Positions 1-10,530 of a stretch of 29,515 nt of DNA are shown one piece after another (position 1 is the stretch's first letter; the number at the start of each line of letters is the position of its first letter). Where the stretch lies: the NCBI RefSeq assembly GCF_004010195.1, contig NC_057749.1:24100510-24130024 (forward strand). Direction: 5' to 3'. The notes below the pieces were generated by a model. That model made no database searches. It saw only the letters and a list, made by a program, of their open reading frames with translations, and was not told the DNA's origin. Made by a program: the position numbers and the translations under genes. This DNA is from Chiloscyllium plagiosum (lineage: Eukaryota).

Positions 1-343
1 GTCGGGGAGGAAAAGGGGAAAACTGCAGAACCACCAAAGATGCCAATGGGAGGGATGGGGGTGCCTTTATGGTACAGGGGTTGGTCTGGGTGCAGCGAAG
101 GGTGGGGAGGAGGGTTTGGGGTTGGGGGCTAAGTCCCAGAGGGAGACATATCGGCTGTTTCCGGAGGTGATGGGGGCAGATGTGTCAGGTCATGGTCTGG
201 GAGAGTGTGGTTCGGGTATAGGAAATAATACTGGGGTCAATTGAATAGTTATCAAGGAGATCGACTATGCACAGACTCATAGAATTTTATAGTACAGAAG
301 GAGGATGGATGTAGGTTTGCTCGCTGAGCTGCAAGGTTCATTT

Positions 344-383
344 CCAGACGTTTCGTTACCCTACTAGGTAACATCTTCAGTGG
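344..383 (-). ncRNA. Minimal type-I hammerhead ribozyme, family A, intact core
   Basis: Minus strand CCA-CUGAAGA-U-GUUACC-UAGUAG-GGUAAC-GAAA-CG-UC-UGG: stem I CCA/UGG, 6-bp stem II, ACGU palindrome, GUC cleavage triplet. Confidence 0.85.
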
Positions 384-757
384 GCCTCAGGCGCAGCAAT
401 GCTGAAGATTCCAGCTTTCGATTTATATGTTTGGGTTTCTTTGGGTTGGTGATGTCATTTCCTGTGGTGATGTTATTTCCTGTGGTGAAGTCACTTCCTG
501 TTCCTTTTCTCAGGGGGTGGTAGATAGGGTCTAACTCGATGAGTTTGTTGCTAGAGTTCCGGTTGGAATGCCATGCTTCTAGGAATTCTCGTGTGTGTCT
601 TCGTTTGGCTTGTCCTTGGATGGATGTGTTGTCCCAGTCGAAGTGGTGTCCTTCCTCATCCGTATGTGAGGATACTAGTGAGAGTGGGTCCCTAGTAGAA
701 AGAAACCCAAACATATCAATAGAAAGCAGGAATCATCAGCATTGCTTCACCTGAGGT

Positions 758-797
758 CCACTGAAGATGTTACCTAGTAGGGTAACGAAACTTTTGG
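758..797 (+). ncRNA. Hammerhead motif, family A, cleavage site mutated
   Basis: CCA-CUGAAGA-U-GUUACC-UAGUAG-GGUAAC-GAAA-CUUU-UGG; the GUC triplet has become UUU. Confidence 0.75.
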
Positions 798-999
798 AAA
801 TGAACCTTGCAGCTCAGCGAGCATACCTACATCCAAACCCTCAACCTGAGCTACAAATCTTCTCAAAACTCGCTAGCACAGAAGGAGGCCATTCGACCCA
901 TCGTGTCTGTCCTGACTCCCGAAATAACTACCCAGCTTGTTCTGACAGGTCTTTGATAGTGTGGAACTGTCGGGCATGGATGCGGAGAAACTACCAATG

Positions 1000-1226
1000 A
1001 GGCCCCCACCTGCATCTACCTATCGCCTTCCCAGCTACCTTCCCTCCCACCCCACCATCCCATGTATCTCTCAGCCCCTTTACCCCCCGCCTCCACATTA
1101 CTGATGAAAAGCTTATGCCCAAAACGTCGACTCACCAGCACCTCGGATGGTGCCTGACCTGCTTTGCTTTTCCAGCGTCACACTTTTCAACTCTGACTCT
1201 CCAGCATCTGCAGTCCTCACTTTCTC
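1000..1226 (+). mobile_element. PLE 3' end (family B) with degenerate hammerhead (core at 1101-1107)
   Basis: CTGATGAAAAGCTTATGCCCAAAACGTCGA followed by the family-B tail (...CCTGACCTGCT...CCAGCATCTGCAGTCCTCACTTTCTC), shared with the copies at 19488, 22428 and 25048. Confidence 0.8.
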
Positions 1227-1264
1227 TCAATTGAATAGTTATCCAGGAGTTCGACTATGTATAG

Positions 1265-2175
1265 TCATAGAATTTTACAGTGCATTCTACCCATTGTGTT
1301 TGTACAGCCTCCTGAAACAGCTAGCCAGCTTGTCCCGCTGTCTCGCCCTATCTCCGCAGCCCTTTAACTTCATCTCTTTCAAATATATATCCAGCTTTTC
1401 TGTAGCCTCCTCTGGAATTCCCCTCCCCCACTCTCCCAGGCAGCACATTCCAAATCCTAACAACTCTCTGAGCAAAGAAGTTTTTAATCATCTCATTCCT
1501 AGCTCTCTTGCTGACAATCCTGAATTTGTGCCCCCCTAGTTACTGACATAGCAACCAGTGGAAACAGAATATCCTTCCTATCCTGTTGCACTTGTTCATA
1601 ATTTTGAACACCTTGATACGGTCACCTCTTAATCTTCTCTGCTCCAAGGAGAATAAGCCCCAACTCACCAATCTTTCCTTGTATCTAAAATCTCCTTTGA
1701 ACTTTAACATCCCTCTTAAATAAGGTGCCCAGAACTGAACACAATCCTCCAAATGTGGTCTGACCAATGATTTGTAGAAGTGTAGCATAAGTACCTTGCT
1801 TTTATACCCTATGCCTCTATTTATAAACCCAAAGATCCTATGAGGCTTATTAACTACTGTTTCAACTTGCCTGGCCAGTTTCAGAGAATAATGCATGTAA
1901 ATCCCAAGGACACTCTAATCCTATACTCCCCTCAAAGTTGTACCATTGAGCGTGGATTGTCTCTCTGTGTTTCTTTTACTAAGCTGCATTACCTCACATT
2001 TCTCTGCATTGAAATATATCTGCCTGACGTCTGCTCATTTGGCTAACTTGTCAATGTCCCTCTGAAGATGCTCAGCACCGTCCTCCCAATTCACTATTCA
2101 CCCTAACTTAGCCTCATTTGCAAGTTTAGAGACTGTGCCCTCATCGCCCCTCTCCAAATCGTTTATACTAATGTA
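1265..2175 (-). mobile_element. CR1-clade LINE, ORF2 C-terminus and 3' UTR (decayed)
   Basis: ORF 1540-1896 contains YKSLVRPHLEDCVQFWAPY and LFSLEQRRLRGDRIKVFKIM, canonical CR1 ORF2 C-terminal motifs. Confidence 0.9.
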
Positions 2176-2519
2176 TTTAATAACTTTTACTGAGTAACGA
2201 TTTCACTTAATTTCATTGTGGAACCTATGATGACTGGCGAGCAGGAAATCTGCCCCAAGTTTACTCCGCAGCACTTTGACTTCATACGTAGGAACAGTCG
2301 GAGGACATTCAGCCCATCGAATCTGCTCCATCATTCGCAAAGACCCATAGCACGAGATAACTCCCAGTAAGACACATTGAGCCCGCAGGGTATTAACTCC
2401 AGCCAACCCCAGATCCCTCCTTCAATCACCAGAAGGTTTTGATAAGTGAACACAGAGAATCAGTGGATGGGAAGGAGAATCACGAGAGGACGTGGATTTA
2501 AAATAATTTCCAAAGACCC

Positions 2520-3285
2520 AAGAGGGGAGATGATGGGGAAGAGAAAAAGCTTCAATCAACAAATTGTTGTTGGTCTGGAATGTGGTACCTGAAAGGATGG
2601 TGGAAAGGAGCTCAGATAGTAAATATTGAAAGAGGGGAGTTAGATTAATGTCTGCAGGGCTTAGGGGAAAGGAACAGCACCATGGGACAATGGATGTGGA
2701 TGTAGATTTGCTCACTGAGCTGGAAAGTTAATTTTCAGATGTTTCGTCACCATACTAAGTAACATCTTCAGTAAGCCTCTGGACGAAGCACTGCTGATGA
2801 TTCCTGCTTTCTATTTATATGTTTGGGTTTATTTGGGTTGGTGATGTCATTTCCTGTGGTGATGTTATTTCTTGTGATAATGCCATTTCCTGTTCTTTTT
2901 CTCAGGGGGTGATAAATCGGGTCCAAGTCAATGTGTTTGTTGATAGAGTTCCGGTTGGAATGCCATGCTTCTAGGAATTCTCATGCATGTCTCTGTTTGG
3001 CCTGTCCTCAGATGGATGTATTGTCCTAGTCGAAGTGGTGTCCTTCCTCATCTGTATGTAAGGATATTAGGGAGAGAGGGTCATGTCATTTTGTGGCTAG
3101 TTGATATTCATGTATCCTGGTGGCTAGTTTTCTGCCTGTTTATCCAATGCAGTGTTTGTTACAGTCCTTGCACAGTATTTTGTAATCTTCTCAAAACTCG
3201 CTAACAATGGGACAGATTGGAAAGCTCATTCAAAGGGCTATCACAGGCTGGCTAGTCTCCCTGCACTGTCAGATTCCATGATTCA
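2520..3285 (+). mobile_element. Old CR1 3' tail interrupted by the PLE at 2694-3203
   Basis: Contains TGGAAT...CCTGAAAGGATGGTGGA, resumes after the PLE, and ends in GATTCCATGATTC. Confidence 0.6.
2694..3203 (-). mobile_element. Penelope-like element (family A): GIY-YIG fragment, pLTR with hammerhead (2735-2774), and a 20-bp inverted terminal piece (3184-3203)
   Basis: Minus strand translates YKILCKDCNKHCIG*TGRKLATRIHEYQLA. HHR reads UUA-CUGAAGA-U-GUUACU-UAGUAU-GGUGAC-GAAA-CAUC-UGA. TSD ACAATGG at 2687-2693 and 3204-3210. Confidence 0.88.
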
Positions 3286-3984
3286 AGCTGTTCAGTGGGG
3301 ATTTTGAATTTTTGTGTGGCTGGGTCCTCACTATAATCCAGTCGGGTCAGACACCAGCTCAGTAGAACACTGAACCAGTGATTCCTCGATCTCCTCTACA
3401 GACCCACATGTGCGTTAGCTTTATTTCAATGCACAGTCTCTACAGGAGTCAGGTAGGGGAGTGAGAGCTTGTGAACACCCTGCACAAAGTGCAGACTCAC
3501 ACACCTTAGAGGCACCAATAATCCAGAGCCAGTGGATTTATCATTAAACACAGGATGCAGGTTGGGATGGGACTAGTTCACTGTGGCCTTGCATCAAGAT
3601 TTTAATAACAGTGTTTTCTCATAATTATTGGCTTGTACAGAACTTGAGTGTTGCTGAGAAAATGACGCATTTTGTTAAAGCTCTTGCATTCATCTGGACA
3701 TTGACGAGAATACCAGTATAAAGATAATATAACAATTATACTGTGTGAGAGGGGAGTTCTGATTGGTGAGCAAGTGGAATCTGGTCAGGCCGTTCCCATC
3801 TACAATACACCAGTTAATGATGACTGACAGTCAACTGCCAAGTTTTGATTGACTTTTAAACCAGCTGCGTGTCTCTGATTGTTCAAAGTGTTGTGCTGGG
3901 AAATGAACCAGGTTTGTTGAGGTGAAAGTGGCCTCACTGTGTGGACTTGTTCTTTCTGTCAGCGGGTTTATTTTTCATCTCTTT

Positions 3985-4278
3985 TTGTCTTTTCCCTAAG
4001 AAGGGGAATTTCAAGATGAGCGGGCACATTGTTAAGGTGAGGGGAGAGAGATTTTAAAAAGACGCGAGAGGGAGTTATTTTACACAGAGAGTGGTTCGCG
4101 TGTGGAACGAGCTTCCTGAGGAAGTGGTGGATGCGGTTACAATTACAACGTTTAAAAGACATTTGGATGGATACAGGAATAGGAAAGGTTTGGAGGGATA
4201 TGAGCCAAGTGCAGGCAGAATGGGACTAGTTTATTTGGGATTATGGTCAGCATGGACTGGTTGAAATGAAGGGTCTGC
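3985..4278 (+). mobile_element. CR1/HER1 LINE 3' end
   Basis: TTTTACACAGAGAGTGGTTCGCGTGTGGAACGAGCTTCCTGAGGAAGTGGTGG (FTQRVVRVWNELPEEVV) plus 3' UTR. Confidence 0.88.
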
Positions 4279-4554
4279 CACCTATCCTGGTCTTGTGCCT
4301 ATCAAGAGATTAGTGATAGAGCAGACACCACTCTAGGTTATCTACAGAAGAGGCACTGTCCTTAGAAAACAATAAAGTTAATTGCATGGGAGCAATGATT
4401 TGGTTTGCCTGATAGATATCAATGGAATGATCTGTGCATTTCTGTCTCCAGTTCCAAATCATTGTATTTTGTAATTGGATCTGATGTGATTCAATGACTC
4501 TAGATAGCGAGTTCTCTGTGCAGCTCAGATTTGCTCATAGTTCAGCCTGTTCCA

Positions 4555-4672
4555 TCACCATTTCTTCCCTGGAGCTGGATCAGAATCCTGAAACCTCTTC
4601 CCTAGCAGCACTGTAAGTGTACCTACAACACGTGGATTGCAGCGGTTAATGATGGCACCTCACTGCTACTGC
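4555..4672 (+). mobile_element. Short 3' fragment of second LINE family (LINE-B)
   Basis: Similar to the reverse complement of ~7440-7560 (AATCCTG...CCCTAGCAGCACTGT...ATTGCAGCGGTT). Confidence 0.55.
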
Positions 4673-5272
4673 TTGTGTACCTTACTTTTCAGCGTGTTTG
4701 CCTTTAAGAACTCCATGTGCTGCGCGTATACAATGTTCTGACTCTGCCTGGCTGTTAGACTGCTGTAAGTTTGCAAGTTGCACGCACATAAGTCAGTTGG
4801 TTGTTTAAAATGCCTGCTTTTTATGTTTACTGTTTTAAATAAACTAACCCACTGAGTTAATCAGTCCCAGACGAGCAATTGGTTACTAGGACATCAGCAT
4901 GACATGGTGGGCAGTGGTGGACAGCATGCTGGTAATAAGCCTGAAATACTTCAGTCAGCAAAGCTGATGTACAGCTAAAATATAAGATCTACAGTCATTA
5001 AAGTGCATGAGACAACCCGCAATGTATTTATTTACCACAGTGTTAGAGTGTGTTGAAAACACAACTTGTTAGTTAGCAGATAAATCACAATCGAGGGGTC
5101 CACTGACCTCAGTTGAGAAAGGTAATTAATTCAGGTACATGACAGATTGATAGTGAGGTCAAAGACATGTGGTCAGAATATTCACAAAATTCCCTAGTTT
5201 AAGAGCAGGGGCACAAGGACACAGCAGATCTCCTAACAGAATTCAAAATGTTTGAAAAACCATTCCGAGCTA

Positions 5273-5772
5273 NNNNNNNNNNNNNNNNNNNNNNNNNNNN
5301 NNNNNNNNNNNNNNNNNNNNNNNNNNNNNNNNNNNNNNNNNNNNNNNNNNNNNNNNNNNNNNNNNNNNNNNNNNNNNNNNNNNNNNNNNNNNNNNNNNNN
5401 NNNNNNNNNNNNNNNNNNNNNNNNNNNNNNNNNNNNNNNNNNNNNNNNNNNNNNNNNNNNNNNNNNNNNNNNNNNNNNNNNNNNNNNNNNNNNNNNNNNN
5501 NNNNNNNNNNNNNNNNNNNNNNNNNNNNNNNNNNNNNNNNNNNNNNNNNNNNNNNNNNNNNNNNNNNNNNNNNNNNNNNNNNNNNNNNNNNNNNNNNNNN
5601 NNNNNNNNNNNNNNNNNNNNNNNNNNNNNNNNNNNNNNNNNNNNNNNNNNNNNNNNNNNNNNNNNNNNNNNNNNNNNNNNNNNNNNNNNNNNNNNNNNNN
5701 NNNNNNNNNNNNNNNNNNNNNNNNNNNNNNNNNNNNNNNNNNNNNNNNNNNNNNNNNNNNNNNNNNNNNNNN
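5273..5772. other. Assembly gap (500 N)
   Basis: Run of N. Confidence 1.
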
Positions 5773-5888
5773 ATATAATCAGGACTCTGAGAGATGCTCG
5801 TCCCTCTAGGCTCTGAGCTAGCTGGTGAGAGCCCATATAGTGTGCATGCGTCAATAAAGAGTGACTTGGCCTTCATGGAGTTATTTCA
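5773..5888 (+). mobile_element. Probable 3' half of an LTR-retrotransposon LTR, truncated by the gap
   Basis: TATAA-like start, AATAAA at 5853-5858, and end ...GAGTTATTTCA (CA terminus). Confidence 0.5.
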
Positions 5889-5896
5889 CTGCACAT

Positions 5897-6100
5897 CTGG
5901 AGTCACAAGTAGGCCAGACCAGGTAAAGATAGCAGATTTCCTTCCCTAAAGTGATCTAGCTGGGGTGTTTTTTTAGTTAAACAGCAAAAACCGGGCTATG
6001 GTTTTATTCCAGACTTATAAAAAATCTAACTCTATGCTAGTTCAAACCCATGTCCCCAGTGCATTAATCTTTGGCTGTACTAGCCCAGGGACATTGGCTC
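5897..6100 (-). mobile_element. tRNA-derived SINE, family B, decayed
   Basis: TCTGGAGTCAC..GTAGGCCAGACCAGGTAA..GCAGATTTCCTTCCCTAAAG, shared with 20085-20253 and with the reverse complement of 27820-28095. Confidence 0.75.
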
Positions 6101-7002
6101 AAAGGTACAGCCTCCATCCAGCTAAACGGCTGGCTCCTGCTCTGAATTCATGCGTCATCTGGTACATTCGTACAGACAACGGCCAAAAACGTGACCATCT
6201 CGAAGTTAGCAGCCTCCTCTCTCCTGTTGGCACCTTTTGCATCTTCCCCTTGACACCCACCAAAACCCCTGCTCCCCTCCGTTACCTCTTCCCAATAACC
6301 CCTGCCCCTTCCCAGCTGCCAGGATCCTCCTGCTTCAATCCCTCCTTCCCTCTCCCTTCCTCTGGCATGGCAGAAGGAAACTTTGGCCGGAATGTAAGGG
6401 AGCTACTGAATTTCTGTCAGCCTCGACTTTAATTAATACCATATTTGGTCTTTTCTCTGAGCTCACTGACTTGCCTGGGTCTAAACAGACTGTGCGTTAG
6501 CTGTGCATTGGCCATCATTTGCATGTTGGTGTGTTCCAGTTTTTAAAAGGAAATATATATAAATATAGAAATAGATTTTTGAGTGTGTGTGATTTTTTTA
6601 GGAGATAGAGTCTTGCTCGCCATATACAAAACTTAACCCTTTCCCTCCAGAAATGGCCGGTCAATTGAAAATAGTTTAAATTCCTGCTACATGGATTGGG
6701 AAGGGAAAATATTAATTCTCAGGTTTCCCAAAAATGACTGATCTGTAAGTACACAATAAAAGCTGTGCACAATAGTAGCCAATCAGAATCTCGCCCATCC
6801 AATTCACTTTGAAAGTACGCTACTCCCAAACAGAAAGAGATTGTATCTGGGAGAATCACACAGTGTCAGGCTGGTCGGCGAGATAGAAGTTTTCTCCTGG
6901 GGTTGATGTTAGAAGGAGGGATCGCTGTTTAAAAATGGAACCTCACACATTTAATGGAGAGGGACAAGTAGACTTTTCTTATCTCTCGCAGGGGGCTGAT
7001 GA

Positions 7003-7252
7003 GTCATAGAATCCCTACTAGGTGGAAGCACGCCATTCAGCCCATCAAGTCCATACTGACCCTCCAAAGAGCCTCCCATCCAGACACACACCCCTATCCT
7101 ATCGCCTTGCATTTCCCATGGCTAACTCACCGAGTCTGTACATCCATCAAAACCTGCATATCTTTGGACTGTGGAAGGAAACCCACGCAGACACAGGGAG
7201 AACGTGCAAACTCCACACAGACAGTCGCCCGAGAGTGGAATCGAGCCTGGGT
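7003..7252 (-). mobile_element. HE1-type V-SINE
   Basis: TTTGGACTGTGG..GGAAACCCACGCAGACACAGGGAGAACGTGCAAACTCCACACAGACAG (reverse V-domain) and a CR1-derived tail. Confidence 0.88.
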
Positions 7253-7384
7253 CAGATCAGCCACAATCTTATCTAATGGAATAACAGGCTTGAGGGGTCA
7301 ATTCATCTCCTCCTGTTCTTCATTCATCTATTTGTGAGCTCAAAAGTAAAAGGGTGGAATGGTGTGTGAGTGATCTTCCCTTTA

Positions 7385-7955
7385 TAGGATGTGGGCATCA
7401 CTGGCTGGCCAGCATTTTTTGGCCATCCCTCGTTGCCTCTTGAGAAGATGGGGGTGAGCTGCCATCTTGAATTGCTGCAGTCCACCTGCTGTAGGTTGAC
7501 CCACAATGCCCTCCAGGACTTTGACCCAGCTACAGTGAAGGAATCAGCGATACATTTCCAAGTCAGGATCGTGAGTGGCTTGATGGGGAACTTGCAGGGG
7601 GTGGTGTTCCCATGTGTCTGCTGCCCTTGTCCTTCCAGATGGAAGTGGTTGTGGGTTTGCTGTCTGAGGATCTTCAGTGATGTTTGCAGTCCGTCTTGTA
7701 AATAGAACACTCTGCTGTCACTGAGCGTCAGTGGTGGAGGGAATGAATGTTTGTGGATGTGATGCATATCAAGCGGGCTGCTTTGTCCTGGATGGTGTCA
7801 AACTCCTTGAGTGTTGTTGGAGCTGCACCCAGCCAGGCAAGTGAGAAGTGTTCCATCACACTCCTGACATGTGGCTTGTGGATGACGGACAGGCTTTGGG
7901 GGAGTCAGGAGGCAGGTTACTCGCCAGAGTATTCCTAGCCTCTGACCTGCTCTTG
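7385..7955 (-). mobile_element. LINE-B (CR1/Jockey-group non-LTR) ORF2 C-terminus and 3' UTR
   Basis: Homologous to 18040-18960, which encodes QVRSVMERSPLAWMSATPTTPKKLNTIQDKA. The 3' tail resembles that of SINE family B. Confidence 0.8.
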
Positions 7956-8136
7956 GATAATAACCTTTTGCAACTCTTATAGTTACTTATCTTTAACAGT
8001 TATCAACTGGTACAGTTCACATTGGCTCTGGTCAAAGTAACAGCTCAACCTTAAGAATGTCTTCAACTTCAACTGTTTTGATTATGTTTCTGTTCCAACA
8101 TAGTGGCTGTGCTTTGAATCCCATGCATTGTGATTA

Positions 8137-8397
8137 CAGTACAACCTTGATTATCCGAACGAGATATTTTGTTCAGATAACTGATTGTTCACATAACTGA
8201 TCTGATCGTAAACAAGTGGTCATTTATGGATGCCAGTTATCGAACATGCCTCGGTTAACCCGCAATGCACGCCATAATGCCATTTAACTGATAACAGAAT
8301 GCTGAGTTGCCTAATGCTGTTCTTACAGGACCTTGAGATCTTGTTCAGATAATCCAAAATTTGGATAATTGATGTTTGGATAATCAGGGTTTTACTG
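8137..8397. mobile_element. pogo/Tigger-like (Tc1/mariner superfamily) MITE, 261 bp
   Basis: TIRs CAGTACAACCTTGATTATCCGAAC and GTTTGGATAATCAGGGTTTTACTG match at 21/24. TA TSD at 8135-8136 and 8398-8399. Subterminal TTCAGATAA repeats. Confidence 0.9.
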
Positions 8398-8439
8398 TAT
8401 GCTGAGATCAGCACACAATGGTATTATTAAGTATATTAT

Positions 8440-8757
8440 TAAAGCTGGAGAGGGTTCAGAAGAGATTTACCAGAATGTCACCGGGAATGGAGGGTTTGAG
8501 TTATAGGGAGAGGCTGGATAGGTTGGGACTTTTTTTCACTAGAGCGTAAAAGGTTGAGAGGTGACCTTATAGAGGTTTATAAAATAATGTGGTTTATAAA
8601 TAAGGTGAATGGCAGGTGTCTTTTCCCTAGAGTGGGGGATTTCAAGACTAGAGGGCATATTTTTAAGGTGAGGGGAAAAGGTTTTGAAAGGACATTGGGG
8701 GGGTGGCAGTTTCTGTTAACACACAGAGTGGTTCGTGTGTGGAATGAACTTCCAGAG
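8440..8757 (+). mobile_element. CR1 ORF2 C-terminal fragment
   Basis: KLERVQKRFTRM...RGDLIEVYKIM...RVVRVWNELPE. Confidence 0.9.
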
Positions 8758-9275
8758 GCTGATTGTGCTCCTCATATGACAAACCCTTCATCCTGGGGAT
8801 CATGGTTGTAAACCTCCTCAGGACCCCCTCCAAGGTCAATACATCCTTCTTCTGATATACGTTCAAAACTGCTCATAATATTCCAAATGTGGTCTGACCA
8901 GAACCTCAGCAGTACATTTCTGTTCTGTATTCCAGAGCTCTTGCAGTGAATGCTCACATTGGATTTGCCTTCCTTACTGCCAAATGAACCGACATGTTAA
9001 CCTTTAGAGAATCCTTAAGCCCTGTTGAATTTCAGACTTCCAAAGCCTTTTCCAATTTAGAAAACAGTCTATGTCTCTATTCTTCCTACCAAAGTGCATA
9101 ACCTCACAATTTCCAACATCGGATTCCATTTGCCATTTCTTTGCCCAATCTCCAATCCCATTCAAGTCCTTCTGCAGCCTCTCCATGACCTTATTATGAC
9201 CTGTCCCTCCACCTATCTTTGCATCATCTGAAAAAGTAGCAACAATGACCTCAGTTCCTATGTCCAGATCACTCA

Positions 9276-9505
9276 TCACACAGAGAGTGGTGCGTTTGTG
9301 GAGTGAGCTGCCGGAGGAAGTGGTGGAGGCTGGTACAATTGCAACATTTAAGAGGCATTTGGAGGGGTATATGAATAGGAAGGGTTTGGAGGGATATGGG
9401 CCGAGTGCTGGCTGGTGGGACTAGATTGGGTTGGGATATCTGGTCAGCATGGACGGGTTGCACCGAAGGGTCTGTTTCCATGCTGTACATCTCTGTGACT
9501 CTATG
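9276..9505 (+). mobile_element. CR1/HER1 3' end nested in the minus-strand CR1
   Basis: TQRVVRLWSELPEEVVEAG plus a (TGACTCTA)-type tail; ACTCA duplicated at 9271-9275 and 9506-9510. Confidence 0.88.
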
Positions 9506-9862
9506 ACTCAATGTACAATGTAAATACTTGTGGTCCCGACACTGACCCTCCACGAAATCCATTTGCCACTGGCTGCCTTCCTAAAAAAGACCCCTTCATC
9601 CTCATTCTCTGCCTTTTGCCAGCCGGCAAACTGGCTCTTGTTTGAAGGATTTACTTGTTATCTCCTCAAAGAATTTTAACAGATGTGTCAAGCATTCCCT
9701 CCCCTTGACGATTCTATACTGACTCAGTCCTATTTTATCATCCACTTCTAAGTATTTCATGATCTCCTCCTTAATTATTGAATCTAAAATCTTACTATCA
9801 ACCGAGGTCAGGCTGACCTGCCCATGGTTTCCTGTTTCTGCCGCCTTCCCTTCTTAAACAGG

Positions 9863-10143
9863 CCATGTGATACACGGCAACTGTCTGTGTGGAGTTTGCA
9901 CATTCTCCCCGTGTTTGCGTGGGCTTCCTCCGGGTGCTCTGGTTTCCTTCCACAGTCCAAAGATGTGTCGGTCAGGTGAACTGGCCATGCTAAATTGCCC
10001 GTAGTGTTCAGGAATGTGTAGATTAGTTAAGGATAAATGTAGCGTAACAGTGTAGGGGAATGGGTCTGTGTGGGTTACTCTTCGGAGGGTCGGTGCGGGT
10101 TTCTTAGGACAAAAGACCTGTTTCCACACTGTAAGGATTCAAT
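9863..10143 (+). mobile_element. HE1 V-SINE, 5' truncated
   Basis: TGTCTGTGTGGAGTTTGCACATTCTCCCCGTG...GGTGCTCTGGTTTCCTTCCACAGTCCAAAGATGTG, tail CCTGTTTCCACACTGTAAGGATTC. Confidence 0.9.
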
Positions 10144-10205
10144 AATTAGCCATTTTCCAGTCTTCCGGGACCCTCCCTGACTCCAGCAATTCCTGAAGAT
10201 CACTT

Positions 10206-10530
10206 GGCACTGCACGGTGGCTCAGTGGTGAGCACTGCTGCCTCAATGCACCAGGGATCTGGGTTCAATTCCACCTTCAACTGCCTGTGTGGAGTTTGCA
10301 CATTCTCCCCATGTCCACATGGGTTTCCTTCGGGTGCTCAGTTTTCCTCCCAAGATGTGCAGGTTAGGGTGGATTGGCCATGGGAAATTGCCCATAGTAT
10401 CCAGGGATGTGCAAGCTAGATGGCGTAGCCATGGGAAATGGAGGGTGTTAGGATAGGGGGTGGGTCTGTGTGGGCTGCTCTTGAGAGGGTTGGTGTGGAC
10501 CTGATGGGACAAAGGGCCTGTGTCTGTGCT
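10206..10530 (+). mobile_element. HE1 V-SINE, near full length
   Basis: Pol III A box TGGCTCAGTGG (10218-10228), B box GGTTCAATTCC (10262-10272), V-domain and tail. Confidence 0.9.

Larger units (their letters stand above)
305..875 (-). mobile_element. Penelope-like retroelement (family A): GIY-YIG C-terminus plus 3' pseudo-LTR on the minus strand (305-692), with an inverted pLTR copy on the plus strand (~697-875)
   Basis: Minus ORF 364-714 reads HTDEEGHHFDWDNTSIQGQAKRRHTREFLEAWHS, typical of the PLE GIY-YIG C-terminus. 697-834 is the reverse complement of ~307-441. Flanked by TAG(T/C)ACAGAAGGAGG at 290-304 and 874-888 (TSD). Confidence 0.9.

Noticed and set aside
100..128. G-quadruplex-capable G-tracts
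   Set aside because: Common in G-rich low-complexity sequence; no functional context.
5199..5876. Long ORFs (176-225 aa)
   Set aside because: Artefacts of the N gap.
10206..10280. tRNA gene
   Set aside because: The A/B boxes belong to the tRNA-derived head of an HE1 SINE.
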